In this document: piece after piece, positions 1 through 11,665 of the stretch
How the letters are laid out: every line of letters begins with the position of its first letter
Numbering within the stretch: the stretch's first letter is position 1
Assembly: GCA_048128005.1 (NCBI GenBank)
Contig: JBEUKZ010000002.1
Span: 248,001 to 282,605, forward strand
DNA length: 34,605 nt
Source: Veleropilina oligotropha
Lineage: Eukaryota
Direction: 5' to 3'
Program-made: the position numbers and the translations under genes
The notes under the pieces: model-generated
Database searches by the model: none
What the model saw: the letters and a program-made list of their open reading frames with translations, nothing else
What the model was told of the DNA's origin: nothing

Positions 1-369
1 TTGGAGGAGATACACATGTAATACGTCTAATCCGACTAAATTGATGGCGAGGAATTCATTTCTGGTGTTGTTTTGACCACCTGGTCTCATCTTGACCTTC
101 AAAAGTCAAGGCCATGGTGATTTTCATACACCACGTGCGTGGCCATGAAATGGTCAATTCTAGTGACATAAATAGATGCAATATCTCAAATTCAACCACT
201 TCTGACACATTGAAATAATGTCTGATATTATATTATAGGTAGAGAGTCATAATTACCCTGGTAAATAAGGTTTAATGTCATTTTGATTGAAACTGTATAC
301 AAATATATTTTCAACTATCCAAGCAGCGCATGTCCATATTATCGCGGGATGAAAGCCCGGTCGCCATCT

Positions 370-1935
370 TTAGTAGTAGTAATGCAAATGTGTCTGTATC
401 ATTGGATATTACAATAACTTTCACATGAACATAAACAGCCCACTTCACATGCACCACTGTCAGCCTCTTCAATCCAGTTCAACTAGTCGGGGACTTCTTC
501 ACCACAAGTCACTTTTGCTGGAACCTCATCAGAGACAATAGAGCTGACGACGATGGTTACATTGTTGTAGGCTCGATGTGACACAATATCTCGCGCTAGC
601 AGCTGAGACGCCCAGAATTTTTCAATTTGCTGAGGGATGGGTGTACCTCTGCTCATACCAATGATGTCAATGCCTGTTGTTGGATTAATACGCCGCATAC
701 ACTCCAATTCCTTGAAAGACATCTCAATGTAGGAGTCAAGTGCGTGATGGATAAACTGACTCTTGGGACAGGCTGATGTAATGATGGCGTCTATGACAGT
801 GCTCATATTAGTAAATGGCGCCAGTGGCATCTGCCGCATCTTGGACATGAAGTCTACCATAACATGAGTGATAAAAGTAGACTTGTGACTCCATTGGGCG
901 AGATCCAGTTGAGATTCATTCTCCCCAACCAATAATGACTTTTTGGCGCGAGAAAGAAGGTCACCATATAACAGTGAAGATGTTGTCAGCACACCGTGTG
1001 AAAGAATATTCCCGACGTCCACCCCCTCTCCTTAGCAATGTCCATGATCCTCTGTGCCTCTGCCATGTCCTTGGCGGAAAGATCCCTCTTCTCCTTCAAA
1101 ATAGTTGCCGGTGTCTTCTGTGTTTAGTCTGTAAAACAAGGCAGCTTGCATTTCGATAAAGTCGCATTGATTTTCTTGCTTTTCTGTATTAATCTTTCTT
1201 GTCTGTATGAGTGGTAGATACGCTCACCATTCACGATACACTTGAGCAGACGCACAGCTACCACTCTGTGAACAGCCTGCTTTGTGAGCAGGTTTTGTGC
1301 AGTGACACATGCACATTGACCACACAGTCCAGCAGTTTTGCAACATTCTTGTTGAATGTGAGACGACGGGTTGTGCTCAGTGCAAGCTGAAGATGGCATT
1401 CTGTGTGGTTCATTGGATGATTGGTGATGAGTAAATTGAGGACATTGGTGATTGTTCAGATTTCATGGTACAAGAGTTCGAACTCGGCCCCAGAACTGTG
1501 CGGCTCCTACCTTGTAGTGACCTCCATGGCCACTTTACACTCGCTGGATGGACTTTCATATCACCTCCCACAGCACATAAGCAGCCTGGACGATCACGAA
1601 CAACCCACTATCCATTTGAGAAGCGGATGTAAAGCTCAGGATTTGTGAACTCCAAAACCATGATTTGTTCAAGATACCATGATCCAAGACGAAGGTAGTT
1701 GATGCAGTCACGTGCTGCAAATATCGGCATGGAACGTTCGACTGTAGCACAAATAGATTGCAGTTCCTTTTCTGTCAGAAACCACAGCATTATTAATGAC
1801 AGTGACCAAATGCAGCCAAACTCCAAATAATTTGTAGAGCTCAGATTTGACCTGGTGCAACTTTTCAATCTGTCCAATTATGGCATCAAACAGCTCTGGA
1901 CAACTTATACTAAACACTTCTCAGGACATCAGATA
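370..1935 (-). pseudogene. Academ-superfamily transposase remnant (central and C-terminal part, frameshifted)
   Basis: Minus-strand pieces: MPIFAARDCINYLRLGSWYLEQIMVL..PELY.RF (1608-1750), VDFMSKM...DSYIEMSFKE..RR (483-1022), then EEAD (~465) and VIVISNDTDTFALLL (~375-420); these match Academ motifs NY.R..S.Y, D.Y...S.K..ER.RR, EEAD, DTD. Confidence 0.75.
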
Positions 1936-3244
1936 TAGTAAGCGAATAATCGTTATTTTGTGTAAGGGAATTTTGCTCAGATAACATAAAAATGCTTCTT
2001 AGAGCAACAAAGAACAGTAAAGATGATTCTCGAATTAAGAATATGTGGGGCTGGGGGATAAAGGTAGGTCTGTTATATTGTAATCAGCAGGAGGGGGGTG
2101 AATAGACCACGTAGAACATCCACTGTTCAGAAACCTATATCAAGACAGCCCCAGGGATGGCCTCCACCCTCCAGCAGGGGGGGGGGGGGGGGCGATCGGG
2201 CCACGTATAGGTGTTTCACCTATACAAGTATTCTTGCAGCACAACTTACACTAGAGCACAAGACCACCTATGGGCGGAATATTTTGTCACAGGGTCTTTC
2301 ATAATGTAAACTTAGGGCTTGTGTTTTGGGTTTTTGGCGTCTTCTTGTACAACGGTGATGGGCTTGATTTAATACTCCCAACTCAACCTCCAAGATACCA
2401 TCATCTTAATATACCATAAGATGGAGACTGTGTAATAAATGACGTTTGTATATCTATTTAATGAGAGCGATCGTCGCATACAGCAACTGTTTTTTGTTGA
2501 CGTGCATGACCGAAAACACAGGGGTCACGGTAAACACGTGGAAGTGGTGGGAAAATTAAACATACTGGTGTCATATACTTGACCCGTCAGAGCGCTACTG
2601 ATTCAAGCACGAGTTATAATCTGAATTTGACGGTAAAGTAAACATACTGGTGTATACCCGAGATACAATGAAGGGTAAAAACAAATGTCAATGGCTTACT
2701 TTGAGCTCTGCAATCAGAGGTGTCTGGAATATTATTGCAATATCCACCTTGTTAGGTTCCGGAAGGTCGGGGGTACAGAGTCCTGCAGCAAATTTGGCAA
2801 GGTATTACAAACCGCTTCTCGCTGTATCAGGGTTGTGGGTAAAATAATGAGAAGGTCAAGGACTTAGCTGGCACCCTAGCACTGATATTTTATCTGACGT
2901 GTGCATCCCGCTATTTTATCATATATGACCTCAAATATATTTAGAACTAATAAAATATACATAATATGCAATTTCTAATTTTCAATTGAACACATTGGTG
3001 AAGAAGGCCAACACATTGCGTGGCAAACGATACTACTAGCTGGGTAGTTTAAACACCGTGGGGCTTTCATTTTTCCAAAATGTTTCTAAGTAAATTATAT
3101 TTTTTGAAAACATCTCAACTGTATCTTCCACTGTATCCCTTTGATGTACAAGCCATTAAGGCTTATTGTAGATACTCGTTAAGTAACAAATGATAAACAA
3201 TTTTGAAGTAAAATGGAAGTTGCACTTTGACATCTTGTGGAGGT

Positions 3245-3270
3245 GGGGGTGTTTTCAGAATATTCCCCGC
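3245..3270 (+). repeat. Left terminal inverted repeat GGGGGTGTTTTCAGAATATTCCCCGC
   Basis: Reverse complement matches 14734-14759 at 25 of 26 positions. Confidence 0.9.
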
Positions 3271-3278
3271 GGGGGGTC

Positions 3279-3456
3279 CATCTACATAAACAATTGGCAA
3301 TTCTTCATGTAGGCCACGGAGCGTCCGTATACATAAACAATTGGCAATTCTTCATGTAGGTCACGGAGCGTCCATCTACATAAACAATTGGCAATTCTTC
3401 ATGTAGGCCACGGGGCATCAATCTACATATACAATTGGCAATTCTTCATGTAGACC
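3279..3456 (+). repeat. Left subterminal tandem array, about 3.8 x 47 bp
   Basis: Unit CATCTACATAAACAATTGGCAATTCTTCATGTAGGCCACGGAGCGTC starting at 3279, 3326, 3373, 3420. Confidence 0.95.
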
Positions 3457-3666
3457 AAGTCTCTCTTTCTTACGCAGCATAACAAGCGCAGTGCCCTCGG
3501 AGAGTCAACCGGGGCCAGAATGGTTTCAGAATAGTCCTCGCGGCCCGCATATTATTAGAGACTTGATTACGTATGTCGTAATAACTTCGTGATTACACCA
3601 TAGCCATTTGGGGGACAAATTTCAAATTAGAGAATGGTATGTTAGTGTCATATCGAATGATACGTG

Positions 3667-6600
3667 ATGCCCCTCATCAGAGAACTACGTAATTTAGCGA
3701 AAGACTACGTGCTTCCCGGCAGGTCGAAGCTCAACAACACGACCTCATCAAGGTAATAGCCGACGTCCGTGCTGCCGAGTTTCGGAGGAGACTCGAGCGG
3801 GCGAGAAAACGGGAAGATTCCCCGCCATTCGTGGAGATGTTGAGAACCACCCAAAAAGAGGCCGTCGTGCTCGCTAATTGCAACAGCTCAAGGACGAGGT
3901 CAATGTGGCCCTCAAGGTCAGTAAATACAAAACCCAAGCTGAGAAAAAGCCCGGGCTACGACACAAGCCACTCCGTAACTTCGCGGATCGAATCGCCAAG
4001 CCGCACCTACACGGTCTGACTAGGTCTCGGAAAGAGATCCTTGTCCAGGCAATTGCTCGGGAGTGGCCCGATATTCTGAGATATCAGTTAACCTCGGATG
4101 AATACTATTCCCTTCTCGTTGACGATGGCGCAGTCCTGTTCCCTGATGGGGCGTATATCACAAAAGGCGCCGACATCATTCGTGAAGAAATTACCGAGGC
4201 TATTGACGGTCGTAGATTCGACTTCCAGCCTGTTGTAAGGGGACCTGACACAACAGACGAAGTTGCGGTGTATTGGGTATCGTGCGAAAAGGAGGATCTT
4301 AGGGTGACGCTGGGCATGGCTTCGGAGTTGTTGGAACTTCTGGACCCCGACACACGATACAAGTTGTTCACGGTAGTGGGAACTTCGGCCAAGGAGCCCC
4401 TAGCCCTAGTGACAGAGAAAGTGGGTGTCTTTGAGCATTACATCAAGGGGAAGGGGGTGGTTTGCGGAGACCAGGTCAGCGCCGGGGCTCTTTATGGTAT
4501 CGACCAGAATATATGCGAGAAGGGGGGAGATTATCTCGTATATGCCAGGTATGAACTGCGTCCGCTTCCGGAGCAGCAGGAAGAACCGGGGCCAATGCTG
4601 GCCCATCAAGAAGGCGGAGAGTTGGTAAACTGCTTCGTTCGCTGTGTGGTGGACCACTTCCAGAACAAAATGACGAGGTTAACAAGGGGCCTCAGACAAA
4701 TTATTAAGCGGTTCGACCAAATGCTTGCAGAAACGGGCTGCGCAAATGAGGATATGTTCTCCATTGAAGTGGCTCTCAACGTCAAGCTCATTGACGTTGA
4801 CGCGTTAGGCAACACTCTATGGGACAGCGGTAAATACAAGAGCCGGTCCAAGATTCGGGTGCTATGCCATAACAACCACGCCTGGGCATACATCCCGACC
4901 GATCTGCCCAAGATCTTACAGGTTTACGGCCTCGACGACACCGCAGAAAGTGCAGTGTCTGCTATTCTGGAAAAGGCGGGACGAAAGACCACTGTGGCCC
5001 AGAAAACCACGGACCAAAATGTAAGAGAGGTTCCGGTCTCATTTGCCGCCAGGGCCATCCCATCGGCGATCCGGGTCTGGGTATGTGGGCAGGCTCTCGT
5101 GGGGAGCGATGGTTCCCTGTGGGGGCCGAGGGCCGGGGCAGTAGCTATTGACCGCGCTTTCGAGGACGAGACGGGGTGGCATCCTTCCGAGATTCCCGAA
5201 GAGCTTGAGGGGCTTCAATAGGAATACTACAGAGCGACCCACTCCATGGGTGGCGCCATGTCTTACCGGTTCCAAAAGTGGTTGTCCCGCGAGGAGATCA
5301 AGCCAACGCCCGAAAGTTGAGGCCAATGTTTGGAACTCTAACGGCTCAGCTGCAGTCACAAGTGGTCACCATCATATCGACCTACGCGCGGCCTACCTTG
5401 GCTGCGTGGACTATCTTTGTGTGTGTGTGTGGGGGGGGGGGGGGGTGGAGATACCATAGATGTATTTCGCGAGTATGAGTTCCCGACGAGTATGATGCGT
5501 GGAGCGAATGTCGAAGACGTGCCCCTAATTGACGTCCTCACCCTGAACGGAGCGGGGCAGCTCACCGCGTGGCAATTCAGCCGAGGGACGCACACCTACA
5601 CCATAGGCCATGTAGGCGAGCACCTGCGGGAGAAGCAGGGTTGGATCACTACCCCCAAGCTTGCAAACTTGATTGGCTCTGGTGATCTGGTGAAGGTCAC
5701 AATGCGCGAGGTGGTATACAGCGTGGGCATAAAGGCCGATATCATGTTCCCAGCAAGGAATCTGGCTGTGCGCTTCGTTGGGAAATATTCTCGCCATCCG
5801 GATGAGTTAATCATCCTAGTCCGTGATCCAAACGAAGCCGCCTACTTGGCGAATGTTCTCGCCGGCACTGGCCGTCTCTTGAACTTCGAGAAGGCTGACA
5901 ATGTCCACCTCATCCAGTACAAGGACGGCAAAACTAGGACGTAGTGGTGCCACATTCGCGCCTTCATTCTAGCGTATACGAACATCGCCCTCCTCTGGAT
6001 GCTACGCAGATTCCCACAATAGGTTGTCATTCGTGTCTGCACCGACGCCATATACGTCAAGAGCCTTCCCGAATCGGTCGAACATATGCTGATCGAAGAC
6101 CATCCTCTTTAGCGAAAGACTACGTGCTTCCCGGCAGGTCGAACCCTCGGGCTATGAATGGCGCTCAGAGGTTGCTGCCTGAACGACAGAGCATGCTGGT
6201 CAGCTCGAGTTGGTGGTGCTCACCCAGGAGAACGACCTCGCCGAAGAACACCGTAAAAGCCCGAGACGTGGTCTACAGGATGCACTAGGCCAGACGATCC
6301 ACCACTACCTATGTCTACCCGTGGGCAAGCCGGTCGTTGCTTGGGACCCGGCTGCCCTGGGACACCGACTTGATAACCTAGCCGATGTCATCGTCATCGA
6401 CGAAGATCCTGACGACCGTCCTTGATTATCTCGCCCGCCGGACGTGTCAAATCATATGCGCCGGTGATCTGGGGCACATTCCGCCATGGGGCGATAAAGA
6501 AGGCCCTCACCACATGTTATCAGACTGGGCCGACCCCAACATGCGGTTGTTTGACACCCGCTATAGGTGCCTGTGCGAGGCGTGTGGTGAGCCTTGGTCC

Positions 6601-7584
6601 TGATGTAGCTGTCAAAATGGGTCAACGTCGGCTTTGCATGGCGAAAAGGCACAGAAGTAGTGCGCTAGCGACCAGCAGCAGCTCCATGTCATCAGAGAGA
6701 TTTTGGGCGCAACGCCGTTCGTAGAGGATGTAGATTTAACCGCAAGCCCGATGACATCTGGATCTGCTCCACGAACAATCTAGGCGCGCATGTCCAGACC
6801 CAGCCGCTCCAGCACCACATAACAGCTCACCCTCAGCTTCCTGCTAAAATTCGATTCGACCCAGACGGCAGCATATCGCACCGGTACGGCAAGCAGGGTC
6901 GGCCTATTGAGGTACCGGGTAGTCGATAAACCGTGCCGGCCTATCGAGGGACCATCGTCGAAGTCCCCTTTGAACTAGTCGAAAACCGCTGGAGTGGAAA
7001 TATGCGGGGCGGGGGATGGTGCATAGGGTGATAGGGAAGACCATTCAACCGCCCAGGCGCCGATACATCGTCGACCACTGTCTAAGTGGCTGGGTGAGCA
7101 ACGCCGTATATACAGCGGTGAGCCGAGCCCTGCTGATGGACCAGCTTGTAAGGGTTCTGCCTTATGACGATGCTCAGGGTGATATAACTCCCACCGATAA
7201 GCAGGCCACACCTTCCCTAGAGCTCATTGCTGCAAGGCTCAAACGCTACATGGTTGAGGATCGCCAAAAGAAACTGTCCCACTACACGGGAGCACACCAT
7301 AAACTCACCGTCGACCACGTGCTCGACATGATCGATGCCGCAGAAAGAAGTGTGTGATCTGTCATACTGCTCTCCTTCTTCGGGGCTACATGAAATTTCA
7401 GGAACAGACATTCAGTATCGACCGCCTGGATGACAGCCAGGGTTACTACAAGTGGAACGTCCGGTTGACGTGCCTGTTCTGTAATCGTCGACAAAAGCAC
7501 GTGGACTTTCCAGACGATTGATGCGTGGACTATCCAGACGACGGATGCGTGGACTTTCCAGACGACAGATGCCGGTACTGGTGA
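3667..7584 (+). pseudogene. Fused replication protein: Rho-N-like HeH, OTU-like domain, divergent family-B DNA polymerase, SF1 (RecD/Pif1-like) helicase, HNH nuclease
   Basis: Joined across stops and frameshifts: MPLIRELRNLAKDYVLPGRSKLN/HDLIKVI (3667); NCFVRCV...LCHNNHAW (4628-4885); IDLRAAYLGC (5376), GWITTPKL, RFVGKY, HIRAFILAY, RVCTDAIYV (~6035); VVLTQENDLA, VIVIDE (6387), AGDLGHIPP, RYRC, VHRVIGKT, YTAVSRA; CVIC..SIDRLDDSQGY...NVRLTCLFCN (7351-7490). Confidence 0.8.
7501..7572 (+). repeat. 3 x 24-bp tandem repeat at the 3' end of the replicase gene (VD[F/Y]PDDxC)
   Basis: GTGGACT[T/A]TCCAGACGAnnGATGC at 7501, 7525, 7549, in frame with the HNH domain. Confidence 0.9.
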
Positions 7585-7599
7585 AGCGCTAGGCAGGTC

Positions 7600-8321
7600 T
7601 CAGCTGCAACCTTGTGAATCCGTGCTTTGAGAAGGCCTTGTAGTAGAGCACGGACTGATTGGGTGCCGATACACGGCGGCGAATCGGGTAGGGTTATGTG
7701 TCCACCGCGGATCCGTTGTGCGGCAGCGCCAGGTATCTATTGGCTCTTCTTTATTTGTGGTGATATAAACCATCGTGCCAATCGGTAACAACGTTTCATG
7801 TGGCGGTTATTGTGGCGCCACTAGCAGAACCTGATACATTTTTCCGCCTCCACTGGAGGAAGACCAGTTAGTCGTGTTGGCGCCGCATTCATATCTGCGA
7901 TTACAGCTGAAAGAACGGACAACCACTGGCGATTGTTCCGGCCGCTGTTCATCTCTTCATGTGCTTGCTTCCTGAATACTCAACAATGCCTGCGATCGGT
8001 AATGACCTGGATCTGCGCGCCGTATATCGACTCCGTACTTCCCTAGAAGAGTGGATGCTTCCCCCTTGAATTCGTGCCCGTCATCCACCATTAGCGTTTT
8101 TGGCCAGGTTAAGGGGCCGGTCTTGTAGATATCGGCAAACGCTTTAGCTACTTCACTGGCCGATTTCGATGTTAGTGGCCAGGCAGCCTTGTAGCGATAG
8201 GCCCTGTAGACCAAAGTCAACGCATACTTGTACGTTTTACGGCCGACCTTGTCATGTGAGCGGTAGAGCAGATCGGCCTGGTGGATCACACCGGACCTAT
8301 CCTCTGTGGAACGGGCAAATA
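7600..8321 (-). pseudogene. Polinton-type rve (DDE) integrase, core and C-terminal part
   Basis: IHQADLLY.SHD...YKYALTLV...RYKAAWPLTSKSASEVAKAF...WPKTLMVDDGHEFKG; after a frameshift RQWLSVLSAVIADMNAAPTRLTGLPP; then RTTDPRW; segment with the catalytic Glu appears deleted. Confidence 0.9.
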
Positions 8322-9306
8322 TATTTAAATAGATTTAAATGAAATTTGTTTGGGTTTAGAAATCGCATTACTGCCACTCATATAAAAACCCATTGTAGTA
8401 ATCTTGTCATTTATAACCTGCTCTGTTTCTTTAAATGATCATCTATGCGATTTTTAAATTGATTTACAGACGTCGCTTCCACTACATTATTTGGAAGATT
8501 ATTCCATTCATCGACAACCCGATTTGAGAAAAAGTGTTTTCTAGCGTCCAGTCGGAATCGTTTTTTGTAAATCTTGAATTTATGCCCACTGGTATGGCTA
8601 TGGTTCATCTGAAAAAAAGAAACTCTTGTCAACGTTGTCTTTTCCTGTAGACATTTTAAACACCCCTTATCCTTCTTAAAGATAATGTTGTTAGGTTCAG
8701 TGCTCTTAGTCTGTTCTCATATGGTAATTCCCTCAACTCGCCTATCAATTTCGTGGCTCTTCTTTGGACTTGCTCTTAAATTTTGATATCCTTTGCATGA
8801 TATGGACACCATGCTTGTACTGCATATTCTAAATGCGGCCTAACCATTTTCTTGTATAGGCGAGTTATGATGGCTTTAGATTTAAAATTAAAGTTTCTCT
8901 TTATCATTCCCAATATTTGATTTCCCTTTTTGTCTGATTCCGCACATTGATTAGATGATTTGAATGTCTTGTCTACCCATACACCCAAATCCTTTTCTTT
9001 TTTCAACTACTTGTAAAGGTTCCGAAACCCATTTCATAATTATAGCTGTTGTTGTCATAACCCACATGCATTACTTTACATTTAATGGCGTTGAAAATCA
9101 TTTGCCAATCCTCAGACCACTTTACCACATTATTTAAGTCACTTTGAAGTTTGTTTGCATCTTCTTCAGTTTCGATAATTCTATGCCATTTGGTATCGTC
9201 AGTGAACTTTTTTACTAGAGATGTAACGACGTCATCAATGTCATTTAAATATATGAGAAAAAAATGGGCCCAAAACAGAACCTTGTGGTACTCCACTTAA
9301 TACAGG

Positions 9307-10446
9307 TGTAATAGGCTATATTCACCTTCCATCAATCTATACCCGGGTAGAGTCTGGTCTGGGCCAAACTATACCCCGGGGTTGAAAATAACACAGACTG
9401 GTTTATACCCCGGGATATTGTTTGGCCTTGACCGGACTATACCCCCCTAGTCCAAATAATACCTACTTGTGTTTTTAATAAATTAGTCTGTATTTCCAAA
9501 TAATAATTAAAAAAATAATTTGTCCCTGCAACATAGAAGATCAGGATCAGTCACGCTTTTATCAATCCATGTATAGTCAACGTAAGTACGAAGGGATCGA
9601 TAAATCCCGTCACTTTATTTCCTCTTTAAATAAAAGCTATTTGACATTGACATTATATAAAATACTAACCAGAACCACACAGTGCGGGAGCCCGGAGCGG
9701 AGCTTGAGGACCTGCTCAGCGAGCGGTAGCGAGCGCGGCCGACGGAGGCGGGCCGGAGGCCGCCGAATGATGCTCCTTGGCATTATTTAAATGATGGAAG
9801 TGAATTTGTAGACGTTTCGTCGAATATGAATTGTAACTTATTGGCGCATCCTTCCCTATAAGTCTTGCCTAAATTATAGTAATACAAATGAATGCCCGAT
9901 CGGGCTTGAAGCCGCGTCATGGGCAAATATATAAGACATGGAGGTTTTAGTAGTTTGCGCGTCTTTTAAAGTTCCTTTATTGATTTTTTTATTCGACGAA
10001 ACGGTTCGTCGAAACGGTCATTCGACGAAACGTCTGTTGAAAAATTCGACGATGCTAATCTGTAGATCTGGACTGCGATATCGGTGAAATACGTTTATCG
10101 GTAAGTCATTATTGTGTCATTTTCTGATGTGCACAGTACTGCGTTCGAACCCCGTATCGACGTTTTCTTTGGGCAAGGACATAAGCCACAATTGCTCGTC
10201 TGATCTGATAGAGATGTTAAACCGTGGATTCCGACTGCGATATCAGTGAAATACTCTGAAAGTGGTCGTAAAATCTCTGATTCTAGATGGTATATTCTGG
10301 CCTGGGGAGGTATGTAACAGGCTAGCCTGTATAACACTCCGGGGTATAAAGTGGACTAGCTCAGAATATACCCAAGTATATTCTGAGCTAGTCCACTCTA
10401 ACCCCGGGTTATAGTCCGGGCAGGGGGTATACTCGAAGCTGTTACA
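9307..10446. mobile_element. Non-autonomous TGT...ACA DNA transposon (Ginger-like) nested in the LINE
   Basis: Ends TGTAATAG / CTGTTACA, 4-bp flanks CAGG (9303-9306) and CCGG (10447-10450), ATACCCCGG-type subterminal repeats; removal restores RT peptide KWVPVLSGVPQG. Confidence 0.75.
9810..10035. repeat. Perfect 16-bp inverted repeat pair (possible small MITE) inside the Ginger-like element
   Basis: AGACGTTTCGTCGAAT (9810-9825) and ATTCGACGAAACGTCT (10020-10035), extra TTCGACGAAAC units at 9991-10020. Confidence 0.5.
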
Positions 10447-11568
10447 CCGGCACCCACTTTGACTTAATCCCATTTATTACAACCCTCTGTTTTCTATTTT
10501 CTAGCAACGTTTAGTATTGGGCCTTTTATTCCATGATTACTTAATTTTTGTAATAGTCTTTTTTGTGGTACTTTATCGAATGCTTTTTTGAAAATCAAGA
10601 TATATGATATCAACTGGTTTGCCCGTGTCGATTGCAGTTGTTACATCTTCAAAAAATTCCAGTAAGTTGGTTAAGCAAGATCTTTTCTCCATAAACCCAT
10701 GTTGACTAAGGTTTAGTAGGCCAAACACATTTATGTGTTTTAAGATAGTATATAATATAGATTCCATTATTTTGCCTACTATTGGTTATTTGCTCTACTT
10801 CCCTTTTTAAATATTGGGGTAATGTTTCCAGTTTTCCAGTCATCAGGCAAGCTGCCTTCTTGTAGAGATTTATTGAATATCAAGGTTAATGGCTTTACTA
10901 ATTCATTCCTACCTGCTTTTAGCAATTTGGGATATATGCTGTCTGGACCTGGAGTTTTAGTGACATTTAATAAGCTTATCGTTTTCAACCATTTCCGTAG
11001 TAATTTCAATACTTTCACAAAAAATTTCATGGTCCTGAAATATATGCTTTACCGGTGGAATATTTACCGTATCCTCTAGCGTATATAAAGATGCAAAATA
11101 CTTGTTTAGAGATTCTGAGATTTGTGCATCATCTGATATTACATTTCCATTTTCATCGTTCAGGGGACCTACAACATCTTTTGTTTTTTGTTTTGACCTA
11201 ATGTATGTATAAAATGATTTATGGTTTTCCTTGATGTTTTTTGCAAGATTTTCTTCAAAATATTTTTTGGCTGCACGGATTTCATTTTTACTTTTTTTCT
11301 CACATTCTTTATATTTTTGGTGGTCATCTTTGTCATGTGACTCTCTGTATCGTTTCCAACGTTTTTATTTCCTTCTTATAATTTTTCTTATTTTTCTGAT
11401 TAGCCATGGTGGTGAATGTTTTTTGCGTCTAAACTTTAATGGAATATTTCTTTTCATTATTTCTTCGATGTTATTTCGAAAAGCCTCCAACGTTCTTTAG
11501 CATTTAGGTTTTATGTTCCCTCACAGTTTATATTTCGGAGATTTCACAACTGTTTTTGTGTGTAGCTG

Positions 11569-11664
11569 AAATACTTCTCTAGGAGGTTTCGTCTGCATGT
11601 ACCGATCAACCTCCTGTGTCGAGATCCACTCCCGGATTCTTTTCTTTGAGGCTGCGCCCTTTGG
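11569..11664 (-). pseudogene. Integrase N-terminal fragment separated from the core by the LINE
   Basis: Reads KKRIREWISTQEVDRYMQTKPPREVF and joins in frame to ARSTEDRSGVIHQADLL at 8316 when the LINE is removed. Confidence 0.75.
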
Positions 11665-11665
11665 T

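Larger units (their letters stand above)
8322..11568 (-). mobile_element. 5'-truncated CR1-like non-LTR retrotransposon (RT pseudogene) inserted in the integrase
   Basis: KTPGPDSIYP, WKTGNITPIFKKG, QHGFM..RSCLTNLLEF, YLDFQK, SGVPQGSVLGP, FTDDTK, VRPHLEYA, FFSNRVVDEWNNLP; AT-rich 3' tail at 8322-8347; flanking AAATA at 8317-8321 and 11569-11573; no endonuclease domain. Confidence 0.92.

Noticed and set aside
371..381. AGTAGTAGT as left terminus of the canonical Polinton
   Set aside because: It is the antisense of LLL codons in the Academ remnant and adjacent sequence does not match the 19165-19554 terminal region
2145..2885. Possible transposon ends (GGGCCACGTA at ~2208; CCCTAGCACTG at ~2885)
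   Set aside because: No matching partner terminus found in the window
3236..3244. TGTGG (3236-3240) versus TGCGG (14761-14765) as a target-site duplication
   Set aside because: One mismatch in five and not symmetric to the TIR boundaries; cannot be supported
3279..3456. Regularly spaced near-palindromic repeats resembling a CRISPR array
   Set aside because: Spacers are only ~12 bp and nearly identical, context is eukaryotic, no cas genes, and the array is mirrored at the other end of the element
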